Below are positions 54,418 to 64,000 of a stretch of 64,000 bases of DNA, in pieces. The DNA comes from Bugula neritina (Eukaryota; Animalia; Bryozoa). Made by a program: the position numbers and the translations under genes. The DNA lies in assembly GCA_964035545.1 (NCBI GenBank), contig OZ037767.1, forward strand, positions 29,652,628 to 29,716,627, read 5' to 3'. Below the pieces are notes generated by a model. That model was not told the DNA's origin. It saw only the letters and a list, made by a program, of their open reading frames with translations, and ran no database searches. Numbering within the stretch: the stretch's first letter is position 1; each line of letters starts with the position of its first letter.

Positions 54418-56557
54418 TTAGAAGCAGCCACTATTCTTCACCATCTTCATGTACTACAAAACAAGAATATATGAATTTACTAAGAAATACTGAATTGGAC
54501 TGAGAGGGGTACAACGGCCTCCCCTAACCGTTAGTAGATGATAAGAACTATGTCTACAGCTTTTCTTCCCTCATCACTAAGATGTGAGCATGAGCTATTT
54601 TAAATACAAATTCTTCCACATTTATTTTTTGTTAGAGGTAGGTGTAGTAATGGAAAAGTCTGCGTTCTATTAGAGAAATATCACAAAAAGTTATGTTCCC
54701 AACCCAACACATCCAAAACCAAAATTTGTAACTCAAATAAAGGCTACAAAAGTTTCCCCTCTATTGCACCTAATAGTTTGTTTCATATCAAATTACATTA
54801 TTTGATGATGAAATATGATAACCAGTTATTTCACCAATTGATACTACATTTATTGCGAAAACACATGATGAAATTCTTTTCAAACAGTCAAAAAGATGCT
54901 GACGTGTCATAAATAACTGCTTCATTATTTATTAGTTACAACTTTGTTTTGTTGTATTATGATATAATATATCATATAACATATTACATAACACATTACA
55001 TTACATTATAATAATTATGTTGTACTATATGATATATTATATTACTATATACTATATTACTATTATATATACTTTATTACTATATAGTTTTTTATATTAC
55101 TATATTATATTTTTTATAATATTTGTTTTGTTTACAAATTTGAGCCCTACAGAACACAATGTAATAAAGAGATATACACATCTCAAGAAATAGTGTTAAT
55201 CATTTCTTCCCAATTTATAATTTCGCATACAACAGAAGAGGTTTATACACATAATTTCATGTAAAGTCAAAAGATAATGGAGATGAATGGTTAATTTACT
55301 AAGCAGCTACCACATCTGTTAAAAATATCATATTGTATCCAATATAATATTCATGATTTAAAAATACCTTGTTTATGGCTTCAAGGTGCTCCTCCACTCT
55401 CTCATTCACCTCTTGACATGATAGTTCAGTCTGTGCAGCTGAGATTGTAGCAGGCAGTGCAGTAGGGGTGGCTCTCTTACCCCACCCGGCTCTCTACAAG
55501 TTGTAATATTTTAATAATTTTATAATAACACCGTGTGATGTAATAAATAACATGCTACAAAGTCTGAAGCTGTGGACAAATATTTTTAACATTCTAATTA
55601 TTTTTTTCATTTTACCACTTAAATTTTATAACAAAATAGTACTTTTAATGATAATTTTTTGAACACACAACTATTTTTGCAATTGTGATTAGACAAAAAT
55701 GTAGCACAAGAAAAAGTCATCAAATTTAAAAGGTGTTTTAGTTTTAGAATTTTGCAAAAAAAAAGCATTAAAGCACTTGCATCTTCAACCCAAACTCCAG
55801 AAACCAAACTTGAAATAAAACTACTGACACATTAGTGGAACAGTTCAAATAAAACCTTGCCTTAGAGAAACATAATGATAATCACATTCCTACATCTATG
55901 TTCATAGTCACAAGAAAAGTGAATAACTTATTCGCATATTTTATAACACTTTTGCACTTACGTTCATTTCAAACATCTGTCCACTCCTTTTTCCCCAGCC
56001 CAGTCCACTTCTTTTCCCCCAACCCTTTCCACTCCTTTTACCCCAGCCGGCATTGAACAAGTTAGTCAGCCATGAGTCATCATCACTAGATGCTGAGTCA
56101 ACAGGGTCAGCACACAGTCTACCATCCACGCCGCATTCATCCTCGGTTGCTCCAGATTTAGAGAGGGAGTTTCCGGAAGGAAAAGTATTGCCATAAGAGG
56201 CTTGCAAGAGCTGCGTAAATTATTTTACAATATATATACAATGCAGCCAATATATTATATGTGACAATTTAGTATATTACATGAGCTGTGCACTGAACTT
56301 ATAATAATAAAAGGCAAAGAAAAAAAACCTTTATAATATACTTCAAGTTATTATTTAATAATTATTTTGTTACTTTGAGTTTTTTAGTCTAACCAAAATT
56401 TACATAAAAAGTTTTGCTACATAATAAGATATTAACTCTTATTTATATATAATATCTAGTATGTTAATGTATGGATAATATGTAATATTTGATATATTTA
56501 TTCTATATAACTTACACAAAATGTGATGACACAAGCGAATACAGTGTAGCAATTCAT
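54418..56557 (-). CDS. GWamide neuropeptide precursor (APGWamide/RGWamide family)
   Basis: Exons: 56557-56516, 56210-55962, 55493-55368, 54453-54418 (TAA). Hydrophobic signal MNCYTVFACVITFCLLQASYG, four GW-G-KR amidation/cleavage units (AGWGKR, SGKGWGKR, SGLGWGKR, RAGWGKR) and a C-terminal peptide with two Cys. Confidence 0.85.
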
Positions 56558-57014
56558 ACTGCTTAACCAAAACTTCAAATGTTTTGCCTGAAAATTAAGA
56601 TGTGACTTGACGGAGTGAAAACCAAGCAAGTTGTGATTTATTCCTGATCCAGTTTCTTATATTTATACCTCAAGAAAATAATTCAATGTAGTTATGTAGA
56701 GAAAAACAATTAGGGTGTCGCGTTTTTGTATCTATAGAAAAATGTGATGTAATAATTTAATAACTCCTGAATATAAATGATAAAACATATTCCCAGATAT
56801 TTTCAGATTTATGGATTTTGTAGAGCATTGGTTGTTACTTGTTATGACTACAGGTACTGATGTAATAAGTGCCAATTTTGGCTAATCACTTTCCATTTCT
56901 CTCCCAATATAGTAAAATCAATCAAACAATTGCATAAAAAATACTCTCGTTGGGTTGCTTGTTACTATAGCAGCTCAGGTGTTGTTCGTGCTGTATCTAC
57001 ATGCGCACCTGCAG

Positions 57015-57022
57015 TGACGTGA
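57015..57022. promoter_or_regulatory. CRE-like site TGACGTGA near the presumed neuropeptide gene promoter
   Basis: 7/8 match to TGACGTCA, just upstream of a putative non-coding first exon (donor about 56944). Inference only. Confidence 0.25.
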
Positions 57023-58035
57023 TCACCATTTCCCACTAGGATTAGGAAAATCTTTGTGCATATTGCATGTGGAGTTAACATTGTGATGCTAAAGTAAGTT
57101 CTCCCTAAAGGTTCCTGCAACGATTTAATTTTGTTCAAGGCGATCTATTAAAGCCATGACAAAATACAACTCGCAGAAAGTATACCCCAATCCATTTGCT
57201 CAAACAATTTTTGCTTATAGTACAGCTCAACCTTTTTATGGAGAAAAATTAGGTTGCATAAAGCTAAATATGTCACATGAACATATAAGATCTCAATGTC
57301 TGGTTGTTGCATTTTTTTCCTGGAAAGTTATTCGGCTAAAATCTGAAATTACTAATAATGCAATGGTCCAGTTTGTACTTTTATAAACTGGTGCAATAGT
57401 AACATGCACCTCATTAACAGAAAATCGATTATGTTTATGGACACAAAAGGATTTTTAGTTATAATAACAATGTTTTGGTGCAAACTTGTTATAGTAGCAA
57501 AACTTAAATTATTTCTTTAAAATATAATGTAGCAGGTGATCAATGATGTCTTAAAGTGTAGCACTTGATAGACAATAAAACTTGATGCGTAAGTCATCAA
57601 ATTTCTTATGGTTCGATGCAAGCTATAGAAAGAATCTATGTAGTTGAAAATGAAAATGTAATGACAATATTCTGACAACATTATCTTGCAAGTATATTAG
57701 CATTGCTGCAACACGCAGTGTCGTGGAAATGAAATAATGATGAATAATGGAATACCTCAGAGTCAGTCATGCATGCTGGCAACAAGCATTTATTTGACGA
57801 GATAAGTCATCTGATAAAATATTACAGCGGCTTTTCTCCGTCACCAGTTAGTAACTACTTGCTACTAACTTACAATTACCAAGTTTACTCGGTGAAAGAC
57901 TGACCGGATAGTAGGGGACGTTGTCGACTATTTAGATAGATATTAGCTAATTTTAAAGATCGTAAGTTGCTGCATTTGTTCATAAGCACCCTGAATTAAC
58001 TACAATTTACCAGTGCTACAATCGTATTACTTTAA

Positions 58036-61000
58036 ATGTCTGCAGCAACAATGGATTCCAACAGAGAAAGTGAAAGTGGAGAATCAGTAGAATTAGATAT
58101 CAACCATCTAGCAAACCAAGCCATCAAGGTACCTTACTAATTAATAAAAGGTTATTCTGCATATATAATCATTATTATAACAGTTAACTATAAGCTTAAC
58201 CAGTACAACGCCAATTGTCAACTTTGTTCAGTCAACTTAGGAGTCAATTAGACACTGATCTACTTTTCAATTTTAGCAATTTAATTATATTTATAAATAT
58301 ATAATGCATGGTAGGCCACTATAATGATGTATAATTAATTGGGCAATTAAAGTTAGAGTGACTGACTAACAACAGAGCAAAGATAAAAGTTTTCATTTAA
58401 CTGAGAATTTTTCTATTGTTGAATTTGAAGCATTCTTACTTTCACCTTGAAGAACCCCTGATGGAATGAGCTTTTGTTAAAGCGGGCTAAGGACTTATTT
58501 AGATGAGGCACAGGAGCAATTATGACTGAATGCTCTTCCTAACATCACCAATGGCCTTTGTCAGGGTTCAAACCCATGACTCCGTGCTTACTAGGCAAAT
58601 GCTCTAACCCCTAGACCACGGCTGCTCCTTTTTCTTAGTGATGGCATTATAACAGATTAGAAATGATGTCCACCAAGCGCTGCAAGTTCTCATCAACTAT
58701 AGCCATTAGATGCATTATCATCTGGTAGATATTTAGATCATACTTGTTTACAGAGCTCAAGCTGTACAATAGATAATGTGTAATATTATGCAGGAAATGT
58801 TGCAGTGTGCCAAAACTCTAAGAGGAATGATAATCATATTGTAGTAGGAAGTGGAGCTGTATATTTATAGTAGCAGTCATGCCTAATTGGTAGCAACATG
58901 TAGACTTACATTAGTGGCTAAAGTAAACAGTGCTAAATGCTTTGCCTTGAACTATATTTTAAAGACAGTTTCAGGCTATGCTAATTTAGGAAATTATGGA
59001 ACATTCGAAAAATATTATACATCTACAGATTATTTTCCATTATTTCATGTCTGTAGATATGCATAAATTATTCAAAGTCAGCAAGACTACAGTTGTTGCC
59101 TCAAAGTACTTCTTTGTGAGTCATTTTAACTCTTGTGACAGCTATAGCAGAGGTTTATGGTTTACCACATGTCATATAATCTAGAATGCTCTAGGATATT
59201 TAATCAACTTGGAGTTTCACAAAAATGTTGAAGTATTATGCTAAGGTTGCTGTATATCTCCTACAGTAGTACTGGTTTCTCATGAAATAGAGAAACTGTG
59301 TATTACAGTATAGAATAGGTGTAACAACAGAATCTGTATTCCAACTATTAATAGAACTCTTTTTGTAATCTACAGTTTAAACTGATGATTGAAGACTCAA
59401 TAGGAAAGAAAAATATTATCCAAGTACCAAATTGTAAAACATTATGAAGTATCTCTCCAGCTGCACTCAACTATTTTCAGATTGTTTAGTATCAATTGTG
59501 TGGACATGTAGTACATGTTACATCAGTGTAAAAGGCAATTGCTTGACACATACTGTTACCACCAGATGTTACTGATTAATACAATCATCTGACTTTGTAT
59601 CACAAGTGCTCTTTGCTATGGTTTTAGTTGTTTAGTAAGAGATATGCCAAAGCATTTGACACTCACATAGATGTCAGAAGAACTGGGATAGTGAAGAAGG
59701 AGGAGTACACTAATTTCTGTACTCAGCAGTTTGAAGATGAACTTAGATCCAAAGTATGAAGAAGCATTACCAGCATATTATTATGGAATACTTAAAACAT
59801 ACTGTCCGATTTGTTGTATAGTACTAGTATATATTTTATACAGTAGAATATACCAGTGTAATTATGCAATATTGATGGTATAACACTTCAACAATATTAA
59901 TGAAACATAACATTTCAGTTCAGTGGTTTGATGTAAGATTGTAGTTTTAGCAAAAGGCAGAAAATGTGACATAGCATATAAAATTGATATAATATTTAAT
60001 CATTGCAGGCGATAGAGATAGCGGATAAGCAATGGCAGATTATGACTGGTGGTTGTGGCAATGCAGTAGCGGAGCTATCAAGGAAAAGATGTATAGAGCT
60101 GTGTATAGATGGATATCATTCCACAGATGTGACTAAAAGAGAATACCTAAAAACATTGCTCATTGATGTTGGCAACTTTCACTTTGATCTGATTGATAGA
60201 GATCATGATGGGTAACCAGTAGAATACTACGCATTGCTCAGTTATGGTGATTTAGGTGCAGTAGAAATAACTATAACACAAGCTGTTGAATTTTCTTTGT
60301 GAATTCTGGTTGTAATTCTTATTAAAATGTAGCATTATTTGCTATATTTCTCTTTTTGAACTTACGCTTTTCCTACCTTACTGTAGTTGGTAGTCAAACA
60401 TATTGATATATATGCAGTATATTATATTACATCTAGCCTGTGCATTAGGCAATCTTTGGCAATAATATTTGGTAATTATATCAACTCTACACATATATCC
60501 TGGTAGACACAAAACATGGCATTTGGAAGTGCCCTCACTGCATTGTTCTATTCACAAGTTGACAAACCTTTACTTATTATACCAGTGTGCTACTGAAATA
60601 TCGGGTGTTCTTTGCCCTTGCAAAAACAAACCCTATCCTACCATAAGGCCTGAAAGTTGAAAGAGTTTTTGACTCTCAAAATTAAAACTAAATTTTGTTT
60701 CAAATGAATTAGTAGAAATTTCAAGGCGTTGTTTGCCAACCAGTGAGTTGTCCAATAAGTTGCCATCACAATGTATGAAACTAATAATGTATTATATGTT
60801 ATAACCGTCATTGTTCTATAGTAGTGTGCAATGCTGTGTCTAATTATATCTATTACATAATTTATAAGAGATGATGGCTAGAATAGAATTTTGTACTCAT
60901 AAACTTGGCTGTGATGTTATGTACTATTTTCAGTTATATAACACCTGAAGAGTGGATTGATTGGACGAGAATGCTCGGGAATTCCGACACATGGAGAGGT

Positions 61001-62737
61001 TAGTAGCAACTGTATTGCTCACTATGAATACTGTTTGCCTTATTTGGCAGTTTTCCACTTATGTGTTAAATGTTGGCTTTTTGCTAAAATTCCAATTGTT
61101 ATAGTTATTAAATGTTGCAATTCGAAGGTGCAGCACTTTTACTGTCAGCAGTACAAAACACAATTGTGTAAATACTCGGATAAAGTGGTGTTAACTTGGC
61201 CGTTTACAGATTACTTCAGTATACATGTTCCACAAGGGAAATCATAGCACCAATAACAAAATAAATCAAATTTGCAATATAAATAGAAATGGCGTGTTAT
61301 TGTTTTTCAGTTGTTATTTGGAAATAGTTGGACCTTCTGTTATAGCCAGATTTGTTGTTGGTAACAAACTAATTAGTTGATGACATCACTTCCTGGTTAT
61401 TATCACAGGACCAATAAAATAATTTCGAAATATGGCCAACTGAGTGTATTTTATACTCACACGGTGTGTGGCTGTTGCAAAGGAAAAGCATTAATTAATA
61501 GGAATGATGCGTAGATTGAATAGAGAGGCGCTGCGTTATTCTTTCGTGGAGGTCCAAAACAAGCTGATTTGCATGAATAAGTTATTATCTCATTATACGA
61601 CCCACTGCACGAGTTTCCTAAGAGATAATATAATATTTACATATATGTTAGAGTTTAGTAATTAATTGTATAAATTATCATGTGCAGAAAACTGTAGTCT
61701 TTCCTCCTGAATTATGGAATATGTCTATAAAGACTAATTTCATTTTATTTATAAGTTTGTTTTGCGGTATTATTATTATAATATTTTTTCAATATTAGTA
61801 TTATATGTGTTAGATTGTTACATCATGAAATGTTAAATCAGTATCAAATTAACATACTTTATGCATGCGGTAACGGGTGCGTATAAATCACATACCGTAT
61901 AATTGTATGTTATTATTAGTATTAATATTATTATTATCGATGTAGAAATGTCAGTAGTATTTATGCTTAGGATTCTCATAACATTACTCATTATTTACTA
62001 TAATTGTATTAATATCCATAATAACAGTATTGGTAGTGAAAGTGCTAGCGGTATTGAGTTTTTTTAATTCAATTTTAGGAATGCTGGTAAAGCCTGCAAA
62101 GCTGTCTAACCTTATTAGAAAATTTTTTTGCTAGCACCTAATTTGCCTCAAAAATGTAGTATTTTATGTAAGTTTTCTGTATGTTTTAGTAGCATATTAT
62201 TTAAATATTACTCACTGAGCTAAAAATGTTGCTGTAGAAATTTACGTTGGTGGGTAAATACGCAGTAAATATAAATAGCGATTAGTTTAGTTTCTGTGTT
62301 TTTAAATCTTCCTATTTTTATTTAGTGAATTGTTTAGGCAAAATATCAGTATTGTTGATGAAACTATGAATTTACAATAGTGGTAAATTACTATGAAATT
62401 GGTCTATGTAGCCTAATTATTTATTATTTAAATATTTTCTACAGTTGTATTATAGTACTAGTAACATATACATTTATGAGAATATAAAATTGATTAACAA
62501 TTCATAAAACACTGAAAATGATGTAATTAACTAAACATAAAAGGTCAGTTAGTATAAAGAAATTATTAAATTGATGCATCCTATTGAATGTTGATATTTG
62601 TTAAAGGGGCATTCGCTGTAATGGACGTTAATGGAGATGGAAAAATAGAACGAAAAGAGTGGACGGACTGTTTCGTTGGCTTCTTCTGTTATATTGATGA
62701 AGAGCGTTTCAGTCATTTCTTTGGCCTCCTGCGCTAA
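58036..62737 (+). CDS. EF-hand Ca2+-binding protein of the sarcoplasmic calcium-binding protein / calexcitin / photoprotein fold
   Basis: Exons: 58036-58128, (59376-59423, weak donor, uncertain), 59628-59753, 60009-60211, 60934-60998, 62607-62737 (TAA). EF loops: DVRRTGIVKKEE (degenerate), DRDHDGYITPEE and DVNGDGKIERKE. C-terminus FVGFFCYIDEERFSHFFGLLR. Confidence 0.72.
58480..58628 (-). mobile_element. tRNA-derived SINE
   Basis: Minus strand GAGCAGCCGTGGTCTAGGGGTTAGAGCATTTG (A box) ... GGGTTTGAACCC (B box), followed by a non-tRNA body TGATGTTAGGAAGAGCATTCAGTCATAAT that is shared with the copy at about 4820-4925. Confidence 0.6.
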
Positions 62738-64000
62738 GCATAAACAGTGTGAAGAGGAAAAACACGGAATGTTATTCCAACATAAAAGATAGGAATGTTT
62801 TCAGCTTGTGCTCAAGTATTCATATATTTTTATTATGCAACAAGTTGTTAGTCTGTAACTTTTCTAGCTTTTTCCAATTTTTTTATTTACGCGATCTAGA
62901 CGGCACTTGATTATGGCTCTGTATAAACCATGCATCATGTCTTCTTGCCTCATATATATAATGTAACACTGTTCATCATTTAAGAAAATTGTTTATCAAA
63001 TGGAAAATAGATATAGGACTTTGGAATGTTTTATTACAATTGTATAATTACAATTTTTTACAAGTAATTATAAATATTTATTATGGTTACCCATGAAAAT
63101 TTCTATTGTATAAACAGCATTGATGTTTTATACATGCTTGAAAATTGTAAGCAGCTAGTATCATTATGAGTGTGTTGGAGTCTCTCCATGCATGTAGTGG
63201 CTTATCCACGCTTATAGCATAGAGAGTATAGCAATGCTTAGATTTTCATGTTCCTAAACATGCTTAGAGTAAAAATGTAACTGAAACTCACTCAAAGACT
63301 TATGCTATTGCTAAATTAAATAATTGCTTCGTTTATCATAATGCTAAAGATTTCAGTTCGAACACACTTTTTGCATTGCAAGATTATATTTTGAGAAGTT
63401 ATCCTCTCAATTATTAATTACGATCAACTAATGCATTCAGAGCACTAATGTGCCACATTAAATCTCATTGCACATGCATACAATACAAGTACCAAGCATA
63501 GCAAGACAGGTTTATAGAAGCTACAATACTAGAAACTGCTGCTGTAGAAGATTCCGGAAAGTGTTACTAATGCCATAAAATAATGCTAATATATTTTCAT
63601 ACACGGAAGTGCCACGAGTTAGAAGTCGAAATATCAGCCCATAAGTGGTGTAACATATACCAGCAATGCAGAGTTAGGATAAGATTTAAGAAATAAGTTG
63701 CTGCAATAAATTTTGGAGTTATTTTCTTTGGTAATTGTCTACACTTGTATGTCAAATACACAATATGTACCTAATGTTAGTCACATTCTCTTCTAATAAA
63801 TATACATTGAAACTTAAACTTAGAACAACACTAATTCGGGAGGGCTGTACATAATTAGAGTGAGTGAGTGAAGAACTACGATTGCTTAGTCCTGGAAGGG
63901 GGGGGGGGCTGGAGCTGCCCCCACTGCTATTCATACATGTCAGAATAGAGGCTAGAAGCGAGTCTATTATATTCGTCTCTTTGTTCATCTGTCATCTCTT

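Noticed and set aside
58550-58628. Functional tRNA gene
   Set aside because: The B box is imperfect, I could not form a clean cloverleaf, and the sequence continues into a body shared with another degenerate copy, so it is better explained as a SINE.
63752-63988. 78-aa minus-strand ORF at the right edge
   Set aside because: No recognisable domain, it contains a G12 run and it has no downstream partner exons that I could find. It cannot be supported without flanking sequence.

Overview
AT-rich, intron-rich animal genomic DNA. A GWamide precursor suggests a lophotrochozoan invertebrate, but the species cannot be determined from the sequence. I reconstructed seven spliced protein-coding genes by hand from GT-AG boundaries and codon phase: ANKRD42-like (-, runs off the left edge); an AK5-like adenylate kinase with a dimerisation domain, two degenerate AK domains, a repeat linker and one intact AK domain (-); PTPN4/PTPN3-like FERM-PDZ-PTP phosphatase (-) head-to-head with cyclophilin PPIL3 (+); katanin p60 (+); a GWamide neuropeptide precursor (-); and an SCP/photoprotein-fold EF-hand protein (+). 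The strongest finding is a tandem pair of intact 159-nt katanin exons that both encode Walker A and pore-loop 1 (KYRG versus KYHG), very likely mutually exclusive, with an 11-bp inverted repeat in the intron between them. Other findings include the pseudo-kinase AK architecture, an intron-free FERM exon plus a candidate FERM-less PTP isoform, tandem repeats that multiply splice donors, RFX X-box motifs, a young PIF/Harbinger MITE and two tRNA-derived SINE copies. There is no CRISPR array or prokaryotic feature, and most ORF-track entries are spurious.
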